Source: Candidatus Moraniibacteriota bacterium
GTDB lineage: Bacteria; Patescibacteriota; Minisyncoccia; Moranbacterales; UBA9337
NCBI GenBank assembly: GCA_028695135.1
Contig: JAQVJM010000003.1
Span: 2,571 to 66,570 of the forward strand
Direction: 5' to 3'
Length of the DNA stretch: 64,000 nt
Shown: positions 31,876-42,606 of the stretch, one piece after another
Numbering within the stretch: the first letter of the stretch is position 1
Layout: each line of letters begins with the position of its first letter
Notes under the pieces: generated by a model
Told to the model about the DNA's origin: nothing
Database searches by the model: none
What the model saw: the letters and a program-made list of their open reading frames with translations, nothing else
Program-made: the position numbers and the translations under genes

Positions 31876-32391
31876 ATGACAAATCAAAACATATTTTTGG
31901 GAGTAGTTGTTGGGATTTTGGCCGTAGGCGTTTTTTTGTTTTTCCAATTGGAAAAAGTTAACGGTCCCGGGGAAGAAATTGTCGCAGAGACAGAAATTTC
32001 CAAAAATGAGAATGCGACATCAAATAATTTAGAAGCAGAAGTTGACGAAAGCGGAAGTACGGCGGCAAGTAATCCGGAGGCAGAAGACGGAGAAGATAGC
32101 GCAAATGTCGATAGCCTTGTGGAACAGATAGTATACTATTACAGCTTAACTTGCGGTCATTGCAAGAATGTCAATGATTTTTTGGAGCAAAACAATATTG
32201 CCAGCAAGGTTAATTTTTTAAAAAAAGAGGTATCTCAAAATATAGAGAACGGGAGAGAATTAGCGGAAGCGGCTCAAAAATGCGGAATGAATCCCGGAAC
32301 AATCGGAGTTCCTTTCCTGTTTGCAAAAGGAAAGTGTTATATGGGAGGTCCGGATGTGGAAGGCTTCTTTAAGAAGGAAGCCGGATTATAG
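31876..32391 (+). CDS. Membrane-anchored thioredoxin-fold protein (glutaredoxin-like CGHC)
   Basis: N-terminal TM, acidic linker, YYYSLTCGHCKNV active-site motif. Confidence 0.55.
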   Translation: MTNQNIFLGVVVGILAVGVFLFFQLEKVNGPGEEIVAETEISKNENATSNNLEAEVDESGSTAASNPEAEDGEDSANVDSLVEQIVYYYSLTCGHCKNVNDFLEQNNIASKVNFLKKEVSQNIENGRELAEAAQKCGMNPGTIGVPFLFAKGKCYMGGPDVEGFFKKEAGL

Positions 32392-32437
32392 AAAATTTGA
32401 TTTATAAAGTTTATTATAAAAACTGTCAAAATATATG

Positions 32438-32465
32438 TTGACATATTTTTGGGTTTGTGTATAAT
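32438..32465 (+). promoter_or_regulatory. Sigma70-type promoter upstream of rpoB (TTGACA-16nt-TATAAT)
   Basis: ttgaca at 32438-32443, tataat at 32460-32465. Confidence 0.5.
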
Positions 32466-32582
32466 AAGTCTTATAAACATTCGATGACTTACTTAAATAC
32501 GGGGAAAAATTAAATAAATATAGTAAAACTCATTTATTAACCTTTTTCTAAATAAGAAAAAGGTTGTGTGAGGATTGTTTTT

Positions 32583-35500
32583 ATGTCTAAAAGCAAGAAA
32601 GAGTTGAAGGTAAAAAGAAGAATAGGCGCTTCATCTTCTTTATCTAAAAGAAAGTTCTTTAAGAAAAATTTCATGGTTTCTTTGCCGAACCTGATCGAAG
32701 CCCAGACTGATTCTTATAATTGGTTTTTGAAAAATGGTTTTCAGGAACTTATAGATGAAATTAATCCTATTGCCGATACTTCCGGCAATCTGGAAGTTTC
32801 GATATCTGATTTTTATTTGGATGAACCCAAATATGATGAAAGTACTTCCAAAGATAAAAACATATCATACGAAGCTCCTCTTAAGGCGAAGGCTTCTCTT
32901 CTTATAAAGAAAACCGGAGAAATAAGAGAACAGGAAATTTATCTAGGCGATTTTCCGGTTATGACTGACAGAGGAACGTTTATCATAAATGGAGTGGAAA
33001 GAGTGGTGATCCATCAGCTCATCAGGAGTCCCGGAGTTTTCTTTACCATGGAGTATCAAAAGGGAAAGAAGCTTTTTGGTGCAAAAATAATTCCCAACAG
33101 AGGAGCTTGGCTTGAAATAGACACGGATGCGGATGGGGTAATTTCTGTCAAAATAGATAGAAAGAGAAAATTGCCGATAACCGCTCTTTTGCGCGCTTTC
33201 GGATATAAAAATGAAAAATTAAAGGAAGTCTTTGCGGATATCAACAAGGGAGAGGCTGACTTTATCGAAGAAACTTTAGCTAAAGATATCTCCAAAACCA
33301 GGGGAGAGAGCTATAAGGAAATATATAAAAGAATCAGGCCGGGGGATTTTGCTACGGAAGAAAACGCCAAGCAGATGGTCGACTCGATGTTTTTTGATTT
33401 TGAAAAATATGATTTTGGAAGCGTGGGAAGATATAGGCTTAACCAAAGACTGGAATTGAACCGCGAAGACATTCCGGAAAACAGGGTTCTCTTAGTTGAT
33501 GATCTTGTCTTGATAGTGAAGGAGATAATCCGCCTTAATAATGATCCGATGGCGCAGGCTGACGATATAGATCATCTGGGAAACAGAAGAGTTAGAGGAG
33601 TGGGAGAACTGATACAGAATAAATTGAGAATAGGGATGACCAGAATGGCGAGAAATACCAAGGATAGGATGAGTACCTGTGAAGTGGAAACGGTTGTTCC
33701 CGGCCAGCTAGTAAACTCCCGTCCGGTAGCGGCGGCTATAAAAGAATTTTTTTCCAGTTCCCAGTTATCTCAGTTTATGGATCAGGTAAATCCTCTTGCC
33801 GAATTGGAACACAAAAGAAGATTGAGTGCCATGGGACCGGGAGGCTTAACGAGAGAAAGAGCCGGATTTGAAGTGCGTGATGTGCATCATTCTCATTATG
33901 GTAGGATCTGTCCCGTTCAGACTCCGGAGGGTCCGAATATCGGATTAGTAGGCCAAATGGCTTGCTATTCAAGAATAAATAAATACGGTTTTTTGGAAAC
34001 TCCTTATTTAAAAGTGGAAAAAACGGCTAGAAATTCTGTTTCTGATCTAGTGGGAAGAATTTTATCCGAAGGAATATCAGGAGTTGCCGATAAAGGAACA
34101 AAAATAGATGAAAAATTAGCCAAAAAAATTGTTAAAACCAAAAAAGACGAAATTAAAGTCGTTCCTTTTATAAGGGAAAAGATAGAATTTATCGATGCGA
34201 CAGTCGAGGACAGGAAAAATATAGCTCACGCAGGAATAGAAATAGATGAAGATGGAAACATCGTGGAAAAAAGCGTGGAAGCTCGGGTAAAAAGCCATCC
34301 GGAAATGATAAGCAGTGAAAATGTCGACTATATAGATGTTTCCGCCAAGCAGTGTATTTCTGTCGCAACATCCATGATTCCTTTTTTGGAGCATGATGAT
34401 GCCAACCGTGCTCTCATGGGATCCAATATGCAACGTCAGGCAGTTTCTTGCGTCAAGCCGGAAGCCCCGATCGTCGGTACCGGAATAGAAGACAAGGCGG
34501 CCAGTGATTCCGGACAAGTAGTTTTGGCTGTTAATGATGGAGAAGTTATCGTATCTGACGCAGAAAGAATTATTGTCAAGGAGAAAAGTCCGGCCGGAGC
34601 CAAAAATAAATTTTTCAGAAGGGAGTATCGCCTGCAGAGTTTTGCCAAATCAAACGCTTTTACCAGTATGAACCAGGTTCCTAGAGTCATAATCGGCGAT
34701 AGGATTGAAAAAGGGCAACTTTTGGCGGACGGCGCTTCCACTGATCATGGCGAAATCGCTTTGGGACAAAACGTTTTGACCGCTTTCATCCCATGGAATG
34801 GATATAATTTTGAAGATGCTATCATAATTTCAGAGAGACTGCTCCATGATGACAGATATAGCTCGATTCACATCGAGGATTTTTCTATTGATGTCCGTGA
34901 TACGAAGCTCGGACCGGAAGTTGTTACAAGAGATATTCCCAATATCGGGGAAGAAAGACTGAAAAATCTGGATCAGGACGGAATTATCAGAGTTGGAGCG
35001 GAAGTTGTCTCCGGAGATATTTTAGTGGGAAAAATCACTCCCAAAGGAGAAGGCGATCTGACTGCCGAAGAAAGACTTCTCAGGGCGATATTCGGAGAAA
35101 AATCAAGAGATGTTAAAGATTCTTCCCTTTATCTTCCGCATGGAAAGCATGGGAAAGTGGTTGATATTAAGATATTTTCCAGAGAGCAAGGAGACAAGCT
35201 ATCTACCGGAGTGATAAAAAAAATCCAAGTTTCCGTGGCCCAGCTCAGGAGAGTGGCGGTGGGAGATAAATTGGCCGGAAGGCATGGAAACAAAGGAGTC
35301 ATATCCCGTATAGCGCCTGTCGAAGATATGCCGTATCTTCCGGATGGGACTCCGGTGGACGTGATTTTAAATCCTTTGGGAGTTGCCAGCCGTATGAATA
35401 TCGGACAGATCCTTGAAACGCATCTGGGATGGGCGGCTTCAAAATTGGGATATAAGGTGGCTACGCCGGCTCTTGATGGAGTGAGTGAGGAAGATATAAA

Positions 35501-35963
35501 AAATGAATTGAAAAAAGCCGGACTCCCGGAAAATGGAAAACTGAAACTTGTTGACGGAAAGACAGGAGAGTATTTTGATAACGAATCAACCGTGGGAGTC
35601 ATGTATATAATGAAATTAAACCATCTGGTTGATGACAAGATGCATATGCGATCAATCGGCCCTTATTCCCTCATAACCCAGCAACCCTTGGGAGGAAAGG
35701 CTCAATTCGGAGGGCAAAGGTTCGGAGAAATGGAAGTGTGGGCGCTGGAGGGATACGGAGCCGCTTATACGCTTCAGGAAATGCTTACCATAAAATCGGA
35801 CGACGTTAGAGGAAGGTCGAATGCTTACGAATCGATAATCAAAGGAGAAAGGATAAGCAGTCCGAGCATTCCGGCTTCTTTCCATGTCCTGGTTAATGAA
35901 CTTAGAGGGTTGTGCATGAATGTAGAACTTATCGGGATGAAAAAACAGGAAGAAGAAAAATAA
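32583..35963 (+). CDS. rpoB: DNA-directed RNA polymerase subunit beta
   Basis: LPNLIEAQTDSY N-terminal region, fork loop, [12 protein letters not shown]-partner motifs; ATG at 32583 with GAGGA 8 nt upstream preferred over the track's GTG at 32568. Confidence 0.95.
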   Translation: MSKSKKELKVKRRIGASSSLSKRKFFKKNFMVSLPNLIEAQTDSYNWFLKNGFQELIDEINPIADTSGNLEVSISDFYLDEPKYDESTSKDKNISYEAPLKAKASLLIKKTGEIREQEIYLGDFPVMTDRGTFIINGVERVVIHQLIRSPGVFFTMEYQKGKKLFGAKIIPNRGAWLEIDTDADGVISVKIDRKRKLPITALLRAFGYKNEKLKEVFADINKGEADFIEETLAKDISKTRGESYKEIYKRIRPGDFATEENAKQMVDSMFFDFEKYDFGSVGRYRLNQRLELNREDIPENRVLLVDDLVLIVKEIIRLNNDPMAQADDIDHLGNRRVRGVGELIQNKLRIGMTRMARNTKDRMSTCEVETVVPGQLVNSRPVAAAIKEFFSSSQLSQFMDQVNPLAELEHKRRLSAMGPGGLTRERAGFEVRDVHHSHYGRICPVQTPEGPNIGLVGQMACYSRINKYGFLETPYLKVEKTARNSVSDLVGRILSEGISGVADKGTKIDEKLAKKIVKTKKDEIKVVPFIREKIEFIDATVEDRKNIAHAGIEIDEDGNIVEKSVEARVKSHPEMISSENVDYIDVSAKQCISVATSMIPFLEHDDANRALMGSNMQRQAVSCVKPEAPIVGTGIEDKAASDSGQVVLAVNDGEVIVSDAERIIVKEKSPAGAKNKFFRREYRLQSFAKSNAFTSMNQVPRVIIGDRIEKGQLLADGASTDHGEIALGQNVLTAFIPWNGYNFEDAIIISERLLHDDRYSSIHIEDFSIDVRDTKLGPEVVTRDIPNIGEERLKNLDQDGIIRVGAEVVSGDILVGKITPKGEGDLTAEERLLRAIFGEKSRDVKDSSLYLPHGKHGKVVDIKIFSREQGDKLSTGVIKKIQVSVAQLRRVAVGDKLAGRHGNKGVISRIAPVEDMPYLPDGTPVDVILNPLGVASRMNIGQILETHLGWAASKLGYKVATPALDGVSEEDIKNELKKAGLPENGKLKLVDGKTGEYFDNESTVGVMYIMKLNHLVDDKMHMRSIGPYSLITQQPLGGKAQFGGQRFGEMEVWALEGYGAAYTLQEMLTIKSDDVRGRSNAYESIIKGERISSPSIPASFHVLVNELRGLCMNVELIGMKKQEEEK

Positions 35964-36023
35964 TATTTAAATAAATTTATAATATTTTAAGTTAGCTGAC
36001 CAAATTGAAAAAAATAATGGTTT

Positions 36024-39000
36024 TTGCTAATCTTTTCCAAAAAGTCTATGGAAAATAACACAGGAGTAAGCGATTTCAGAAGCGTTCGCTTAAGCTTGGC
36101 TAGCCCTGATAAGATTTTGGAATGGTCCAAGGGGGAAGTGACCAAGCCTGAAACTATAAACTATAGAACTCAGAGATATGAAAAGGACGGTCTTTTCTGC
36201 GAGAAAATTTTCGGTCCGGCCAAAGACTGGGAATGCTATTGCGGGAAATATAAAAGAATAAGATATAAGGGAATAATCTGCGATAAATGTGGAGTCGAAG
36301 TCACTCGTTCCAATGTTAGAAGGGAAAGGATGGGTCATATCAAATTGGCTGTCCCGGTTTCTCATATCTGGTTTTTGCGTAGTGTTCCTTCCCGGGTCGG
36401 ATTGGCACTGGGACTTTCCTATCAAGATCTGGAAAGAGTGGTTTATTTTTCCGCGTATATAGTTACCAACATAGATGAGGAAAAAAGAAGCAATTTTTTG
36501 GATCAAGCTAATAAGGAGCTTAGGGCTAAAATAAAGAAAGCCAAAAAAGAGAGCAAGGATTCAAAAGAGGAAAAAGATTCAGTGGAAGAAATAAAAAATC
36601 AATACGATTATGTAACAAGCGAAGTTAAGAACCTAAAATTATTCAAGGTTCTTTCCGAGATTGAATATTTCAATTTATCCTCTCAGGCCGGACAGGTTTT
36701 TAATGCCGGAATCGGAGCGGAAGCTGTCAAGATGCTTTTGGCCAACTTGGATATAGATAACACTATCAAAGATTTAAAAAAGGATCTTAGCGATGGTAAA
36801 AAAACTGCTGATAAAAAAACTTTAAGAAGGATTAAGTTACTGCAAGGATTCAAACGCTCAGGATTGGAATTAAACTGGATGTTCCCGACTGTCATACCTG
36901 TTATTCCGCCTGATTTGCGTCCGATGGTGGCTTTGAACGGAGGAAGATATGCCACTTCCGACCTTAACGATTTATACAGAAGAATCATAAACAGGAACAA
37001 TAGATTAAAGAAACTTATTAATCTGGGAGCGCCGGAAGTGATTACGAGAAACGAAAAAAGGATGCTTCAGGAAGCGGTGGATTCTCTTTTTGACAACAGT
37101 ATGAGGCGGTCGCATGCCTCTGTAGCCGCTTCTACCGGACAAAAGAGGCCGCTAAGATCTTTGGCCGATTCACTGAAAGGAAAGCAAGGAAGATTCAGGC
37201 AAAATCTTTTGGGAAAACGTGTCGATTATTCAGGCAGAAGTGTTATCGTGGTCGGTCCGCAATTAAAACTTCACCAAGTCGGACTTCCCAAGAAGATGGC
37301 GCTGGAATTATTCAAGCCTTTTATCATAAATAAGCTTATAGGAAAAGAGTATGCCCATAATGTCAGGATGGCGGGAAGGATGGTGGATATGGAAACCGAG
37401 GAGGCTTATGAGATTTTGGATGATATAATCAAGAAACATTACGTTCTTCTTAATCGTGCTCCGACCCTGCATCGTCTTTCGATCCAGGCGTTCCAGCCTG
37501 TTCTCATTGAAGGAAAGGCGATTCAAATTCATCCGATGGTCTGCGCCGCTTTTAACGCGGACTTTGACGGAGACCAGATGGCGGTCCATGTTCCTTTGAC
37601 AGACAAAGCCAGAGAAGAGAGCGCCAACATGATGCTTTCTTCTAAAAATCTTTTAAAACCGGCCAGTGGTGACCCTATAACCACTCCCACTCTGGATATA
37701 GTTCTCGGGGTTTATTATTTGACGCATATCAAAGATCCAGGCAATGATGACGTGAGGCGTTTTTCTTCAAAAGAAGAGGCTCTGCTGGCTTATAATCTGG
37801 GAAATCTGGATATAAATGCCAGGATAAAGGTTGATATGGGAGAAAAAATGATAGAAACTTCGGTCGGAAGGATTATGTTGAACGACTTAATGCCCGAAGA
37901 AATTCCTTTTATCAACGAAGAGCTTACTAAATCAGAACTCAAAAAAATCGTTTCTCAAATGTTGGCGATTGTCGGCCAGGAAAGAACGGCAAAATTTGTC
38001 GATGATGTAAAAAATCTCGGATTTAAATCTGCCAGCAAGTCAGGAATAAGTTGGGGAATGGATGACCTGGTTGTTCCGGAAAGAAAGAAAGAAATAATTT
38101 CCGAGTCTGAGGAAAAAATTTCTGCGGTTATCGATCAATACAACGCCGGACTTCTGACCAATGAGGAAAAAAGGAATAAGTCAATCGAGATTTGGAATGA
38201 AGCCAAAAACAATATTACGGAAGAGGTTCGAAAATCTTTGGATACAGAAGGTCCTGTTTATGGAATGGTTTATTCAAAAGCTAGAGGAAGTGAATCGGTT
38301 GTAGTACAGATGACCGGAATGAAGGGTCTGATGGCTGATGCCAGTGGAGAAACGATCGAACTTCCGGTTAAAAGTTCATACAAAGAAGGCCTGAACGTTC
38401 TTGAATATTTCATGTCTACTCATGGAGCTAGAAAAGGTATGGCCGATACCGCCTTAAGGACTGCGACTGCGGGATATTTGACCAGGAGGCTGGTGGATGT
38501 GGCCCAAGATATTGTCGTCAGAGAGGATGATTGCGGAGATAAAAATGGGACATATCTTTATAGGGAGGATTCTGATAGGATAGGCCAGAGCTTTGCGGAT
38601 AGAGTCATAGGCAGAGTGCTGCTTGAAGATATAATCAATCCTAAGACCAAGAAAAAAATAGCTTCCAAAGGAGAGCTGGTTACGATAGAACAGTCTCAAG
38701 AAATAGAGAAAGCCAAAATAGAAAAAGTCAAAATCAGGAGCGTCGTTTCCTGCAAAGTAAAGACGGGGATTTGCAGAAAATGCTACGGTTTGGATCTAGG
38801 GAGAGGCGGATTGGTGGAAAAAGGAGAGGCGGTCGGAATTGTTGCCGCCCAAGCCATCGGAGAGCCGGGAACCCAGCTTACCATGAGAACTTTCCATGTC
38901 GGAGGCGTAGCCGGATCTGATATTACCCAGGGTCTTCCCAGAGTCGAAGAAATTTTTGAAGTGAGGCCGCCAAAAGGAGAAGCTTTGATTTCAGAAGAAG

Positions 39001-39635
39001 AGGGAAGGATCAAAAGCATGGAAACCGATCCGAGAGGAAAATTTGTAACAATAAAGGTGGAATCTGTTTCCAATAAGGGAAAAATAAAAGAATATCAAGT
39101 TCCTGCCAATGTAAACATGAAAGTTTCCAAAGGAGAACTGATAGCCAAAGGAACGGTCCTGTCGGAAGGGCATATCGACCTGAAAAAACTCTACAATGTT
39201 ATGGGAGAAGAAGAGGTGCATAGATACATAGTTAGGGAAATCCAGGAAATCTACGCTTCTCAGGGAGAAGGGATAAATGATAAGCATGTGGAAGTCATAA
39301 TAAGGCAGATGTTGAGCAGGATAAGCATAGACGATCCGGGTGACAGCAATCTTTTGGCCGGTGATGTTATCAGTAGGGAACAGTTCGATACTCTTAATGA
39401 AGAGCTGAAGGCCAAGGGAAAATCTTTGGTCAAAGGGAAGGCTTCCATATTGGGGATTACCAAGGTGGCGCTTTCTACCGAGTCATTCCTCAGCGCCGCT
39501 TCCTTCATAGAAACTGCCAGGGTTCTCATCAATGCCGCAGTTGAAAGTAAGGAAGATCACTTAAAAGGCCTGAAGGAAAATGTAATTATAGGAAGGCTTA
39601 TTCCGGCCGGAAGCGGATTCAAAAGCAGAGAATAG
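36024..39635 (+). CDS. rpoC: DNA-directed RNA polymerase subunit beta'
   Basis: Zinc finger [38 protein letters not shown] catalytic motif, trigger loop, C-terminal region. Confidence 0.95.
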   Translation: MLIFSKKSMENNTGVSDFRSVRLSLASPDKILEWSKGEVTKPETINYRTQRYEKDGLFCEKIFGPAKDWECYCGKYKRIRYKGIICDKCGVEVTRSNVRRERMGHIKLAVPVSHIWFLRSVPSRVGLALGLSYQDLERVVYFSAYIVTNIDEEKRSNFLDQANKELRAKIKKAKKESKDSKEEKDSVEEIKNQYDYVTSEVKNLKLFKVLSEIEYFNLSSQAGQVFNAGIGAEAVKMLLANLDIDNTIKDLKKDLSDGKKTADKKTLRRIKLLQGFKRSGLELNWMFPTVIPVIPPDLRPMVALNGGRYATSDLNDLYRRIINRNNRLKKLINLGAPEVITRNEKRMLQEAVDSLFDNSMRRSHASVAASTGQKRPLRSLADSLKGKQGRFRQNLLGKRVDYSGRSVIVVGPQLKLHQVGLPKKMALELFKPFIINKLIGKEYAHNVRMAGRMVDMETEEAYEILDDIIKKHYVLLNRAPTLHRLSIQAFQPVLIEGKAIQIHPMVCAAFNADFDGDQMAVHVPLTDKAREESANMMLSSKNLLKPASGDPITTPTLDIVLGVYYLTHIKDPGNDDVRRFSSKEEALLAYNLGNLDINARIKVDMGEKMIETSVGRIMLNDLMPEEIPFINEELTKSELKKIVSQMLAIVGQERTAKFVDDVKNLGFKSASKSGISWGMDDLVVPERKKEIISESEEKISAVIDQYNAGLLTNEEKRNKSIEIWNEAKNNITEEVRKSLDTEGPVYGMVYSKARGSESVVVQMTGMKGLMADASGETIELPVKSSYKEGLNVLEYFMSTHGARKGMADTALRTATAGYLTRRLVDVAQDIVVREDDCGDKNGTYLYREDSDRIGQSFADRVIGRVLLEDIINPKTKKKIASKGELVTIEQSQEIEKAKIEKVKIRSVVSCKVKTGICRKCYGLDLGRGGLVEKGEAVGIVAAQAIGEPGTQLTMRTFHVGGVAGSDITQGLPRVEEIFEVRPPKGEALISEEEGRIKSMETDPRGKFVTIKVESVSNKGKIKEYQVPANVNMKVSKGELIAKGTVLSEGHIDLKKLYNVMGEEEVHRYIVREIQEIYASQGEGINDKHVEVIIRQMLSRISIDDPGDSNLLAGDVISREQFDTLNEELKAKGKSLVKGKASILGITKVALSTESFLSAASFIETARVLINAAVESKEDHLKGLKENVIIGRLIPAGSGFKSRE

Positions 39636-39637
39636 GC

Positions 39638-39761
39638 TTGACAAAATTTTTCCGAACTGTTATTGTGTTAGAAACAATTGAAGAAAGTCCTCGGGTATCT
39701 CGCCTTTTTATAAGGATAAGATGTCAAAAACTCATCAATCAGAGACTTTCTTCATTTGATG
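39638..39761 (+). promoter_or_regulatory. rpsF promoter (TTGACA-17-TGtTATTGT extended -10) and structured leader hairpin (GAAGAAAGTC...GACTTTCTTC)
   Basis: -35 39638-39643; -10 39661-39666 with TG at -15/-14; 10-bp inverted repeat 39681-39690 / 39744-39753 plus alternative CATCAA/TTGATG stem followed by GGTTTTTT. Confidence 0.45.
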
Positions 39762-39823
39762 GGTTTTTTAATTCCGCTCATTAGGTCGACATGTCATATA
39801 ATTAATTAAATAAATAAAAATAG

Positions 39824-40426
39824 ATGGAATATGAAGTTTGTTATCTTATAGGAGAAACTAAGGAAGCTAATCTTGAAAAGATAAGGAAAGAAGTGGAAGA
39901 AGTCATTGAAAAAAATAAGGGAAAATTGCTGGAAGGGGAGTTTGTAAAAAAGAGAAGATTGGCTTATGAGATAAAAAATGAATCGCGAGGAACTTATGTT
40001 GCCAAGAGGTTCGTTCTTCCTAGCAGGGATGAAAGAGACGAGAAATATAAAGGAGAAAATCTTGTCGGAAAAATAACCAAAGAAGTGGGTTTTAATCAAG
40101 ATATCCTTAGATTTATCATAGTTAAGGCGGATGAGATTCCGAGCCTGAAAGAATTGGAGAAATCGGAAAAAGGAGCAAGGGAAGAAAATAGAGATTTGAA
40201 AAAGGAGCTGGCAGCCAAAAAATTTGCTAAGGAAAAAAAATCCTTAACAGAGGATAAGGAGAAAGTATTTTCAAAAGATAAAAAGGAGTCTGGAACGGAA
40301 GAAAAAGTCGAGAAAGTTGTTTCCGAATCTCCTAAGATCGAAGAAAAAAAAGGTAAAAAAGAAGAAAAGAGCGATATTTCGGAGGATAATATTGATGAAA
40401 AGCTGGACGAAATACTTAATATTTAA
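39824..40426 (+). CDS. rpsF: 30S ribosomal protein S6 with long Lys/Glu-rich C-terminal extension
   Basis: YEVCYLIGE... S6 core (~95 aa) then ~100 aa of KE-rich low complexity; operon rpsF-ssb-rpsR. Confidence 0.8.
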   Translation: MEYEVCYLIGETKEANLEKIRKEVEEVIEKNKGKLLEGEFVKKRRLAYEIKNESRGTYVAKRFVLPSRDERDEKYKGENLVGKITKEVGFNQDILRFIIVKADEIPSLKELEKSEKGAREENRDLKKELAAKKFAKEKKSLTEDKEKVFSKDKKESGTEEKVEKVVSESPKIEEKKGKKEEKSDISEDNIDEKLDEILNI

Positions 40427-40563
40427 TGATTTAAATCGTCTGCCCGAAATGTTAGGCGTATGCATTTCAGGCGGGCTAATCTACGCGAATTTCTTCGCTA
40501 ATTATCACGAAAATTACATAATATTCGAGATTAAATTAGTATAGATTCGCGGTAAAAATTATT

Positions 40564-41058
40564 ATGAATCTAAATAAAGTTATTCTCATAGGGAGATTGA
40601 CCAGAGATCCCGAGCTGAGAACTACGAATTCGGGCAGTACCGTGGCCAGCATCGGATTGGCGACTAACAGTTATTGGACGGATAAAAGCGGGCAAAAGCA
40701 GGAAAAGACGGAATTTCATAACATTGTTTTGTTCGGCAGAACAGCAGAAATAGCCGGACAGTATCTGATCAAGGGACAAGAGGCCTATTTTGAAGGAAGG
40801 CTTCAGACCAGAACCTATACCGGCAAAGACAATGTTGAGAGAAGAGTTACGGAAATCGTGGCGGAAAACATGCAATTCGGAAGCAAGCCTCAGGGAGCTG
40901 GAAATTATCGTCAAAATTCCCAACCTGCAGTTAATGCTTCAGCGAGCCAAAGCTTGGAAAAAAAAGATGGTTCGCAACCCGCGGCTGAAGATGATATCCC
41001 GACGATAAATCTTGATGAGGAAAAAGAAGAAGTCAAAATAGAAGATGTGCCGTTTTAA
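40564..41058 (+). CDS. ssb: Single-stranded DNA-binding protein
   Basis: MNLNKVILIGRLTRDPELR OB-fold start, acidic C-terminal tip ending DVPF. Confidence 0.9.
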   Translation: MNLNKVILIGRLTRDPELRTTNSGSTVASIGLATNSYWTDKSGQKQEKTEFHNIVLFGRTAEIAGQYLIKGQEAYFEGRLQTRTYTGKDNVERRVTEIVAENMQFGSKPQGAGNYRQNSQPAVNASASQSLEKKDGSQPAAEDDIPTINLDEEKEEVKIEDVPF

Positions 41059-41088
41059 ATGAGACATTAAGAAATTAAATTTAAAAAA

Positions 41089-41307
41089 ATGAACAATGCG
41101 ATAGAGAGAAAAGCCTGTTATTTCTGCCAGGAAAAAGTGGAAAAAATAGATTACAAAAATGCCGATTTTTTACGCCGATATGTGAATTCCCAAGGACGGA
41201 TTTATCCGCCCAGAAGATTCGGCACCTGCTCGAGGCATCAAAGGATTTTGACCAGAGCCTTGAAAAGAGCCAGGATAATGGGCTTCGTGCCTTTTATAAT
41301 CAAGTAA
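41089..41307 (+). CDS. rpsR: 30S ribosomal protein S18
   Basis: CYFCQEKVEKIDYKNADFLRRYV...RRFGTCSRHQRIL conserved S18 core. Confidence 0.9.
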   Translation: MNNAIERKACYFCQEKVEKIDYKNADFLRRYVNSQGRIYPPRRFGTCSRHQRILTRALKRARIMGFVPFIIK

Positions 41308-41312
41308 TTTTG

Positions 41313-41383
41313 CATAGAGCATAAAGCATAGAGCATAAGACAAAATTATTATGTTCCATGTTCCATGTTCCATGTCTCATGTT
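41313..41383. repeat. Short tandem repeats upstream/overlapping efp start (CATAGAGCATAAG x2; TTCCATG x3-4)
   Basis: catagagcataaagcatagagcataag ... atgttccatgttccatgttccatgtctcatgtt. Confidence 0.6.
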
Positions 41384-41943
41384 TTGTGATCGGAATCAGC
41401 GACATAAAATCAGGCAAATATATAGTTCTAAATGGCGAACCATATAAGGTTCTGAGCATAAACCAGTCGGCCATCGGAAGAGGCGGGTCGGTTTTGAGGA
41501 CAAGGCTTCAAAATTTAGCCACAGGAGCCATATTGGACAAGACTTTCCAAGGTGCGGAGAAGGTCGAGGAAGCTGATATTGAAAAAACCCATGCCCAGTA
41601 TTTATACAAAGAAAATGAAGGATTTTCTTTTATGGACAGCAAGAGCTATGAGCAATTTTCCATCGCCAAAGAAATGATCGGAGATATGTCTGATTATATG
41701 GTCGAAGGCACAGAAGTTACCATAATCAATTTTAACGGAAACCCGATAACAGTAGAGCTTCCGGTAAAAGTAAAACTTAAGGTTATCGATGCTCCTCCTG
41801 GAGTAAAAGGAGATACTGCGTCCGGCGGAGACAAATTGGTAACAGTTGAAACAGGAGCAAAAATAACGACGCCTTTATTCGTGGACAAAGGAGACACCAT
41901 AATCGTGAATACCGAAAAGGGAGAGTATGTTTCCAGAGCGTAA
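41365..41943 (+). CDS. efp: Elongation factor P
   Basis: KSGKYIVLNGEPYKVL, KOW-like N-domain, GDxxxV OB domains; true start may be the GTG at 41386 (VIGISDIK ~ MISSNDFK). Confidence 0.85.
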   Translation: MFHVSCFVIGISDIKSGKYIVLNGEPYKVLSINQSAIGRGGSVLRTRLQNLATGAILDKTFQGAEKVEEADIEKTHAQYLYKENEGFSFMDSKSYEQFSIAKEMIGDMSDYMVEGTEVTIINFNGNPITVELPVKVKLKVIDAPPGVKGDTASGGDKLVTVETGAKITTPLFVDKGDTIIVNTEKGEYVSRA

Positions 41944-42053
41944 AATGTTCTAGGTGTTCTAAGCGCTCTAAATGTTCTAAGTGTTGTAAATGTTGAAATT
42001 ATTGTAAGTGTATTTTTTTATTTTTACCAAAACCGCCGGATAGGCGGTTTTTA
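41944..42053 (+). repeat. Degenerate 8-10-mer tandem repeats (TGTTCTAAG-like) downstream of efp, ending in a terminator hairpin AACCGCC-ggata-GGCGGTT + TTT
   Basis: atgttctaggtgttctaagcgctctaaatgttctaagtgttgtaaatgttgaaattattgtaagtg; hairpin 42031-42049. Confidence 0.55.
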
Positions 42054-42165
42054 AAATTATAAAAAATATCTCTTAATTTTTTGACACATTAGTGAGCGCA
42101 TCTTTCATGGAACATTTAAATTCTTATCCAGGCGTGGTAAAATAGAAAATATAAATTATAAAAAT

Positions 42166-42606
42166 ATGTTCAAAGTCGGCGCATTTACCGTAATTTTTAA
42201 CGACAAGAAGGAGGTTCTTCTTTGCCACAGAAGAGATCATGATTTATGGAATCTTCCCGGGGGTAAGGTAGAGGAAGGCGAGTCTCCATGGGATGGAGCT
42301 ATCAGGGAAGTGAAAGAAGAGACAGGATTGGAAGTAAAAATTGATAAACTTGCCGGAGTTTATTTCAAGCCGGAGGAAAATGAAATTGTCTTTAATTTTA
42401 TCTGTTACAAGGTCGGAGGAAAAATAACGCTGAACGATGAGGCGGATGAAATAATATATTTTTCTTTTGATGAAATTCCAAAAAATTTCTCAAAAAAACA
42501 GAAAGAGAGGATCGAGGATGTTTTGAAGAATGGAGAAGAAACCGTATTTAAGATTCAAAAGGGTCTAAGTACGCTTGATTTATTAAAAAATAACAATAAG
42601 CAATAA
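42166..42606 (+). CDS. NUDIX hydrolase
   Basis: Nudix box GGKVEEGESPWDGAIREVKEETGL. Confidence 0.8.
   Translation: MFKVGAFTVIFNDKKEVLLCHRRDHDLWNLPGGKVEEGESPWDGAIREVKEETGLEVKIDKLAGVYFKPEENEIVFNFICYKVGGKITLNDEADEIIYFSFDEIPKNFSKKQKERIEDVLKNGEETVFKIQKGLSTLDLLKNNNKQ

Noticed and set aside
32568-32582. GTG start for rpoB at 32568
   Set aside because: The ATG at 32583 has a better-placed GAGGA Shine-Dalgarno; the upstream GTG would place the SD inside the coding region.
40427-40563. GC-rich imperfect hairpin (GCCCGAAATG...CATTTCAGGCGGGC) between rpsF and ssb
   Set aside because: Imperfect and without a T-run. Possibly a weak intra-operon attenuator but not confidently callable.
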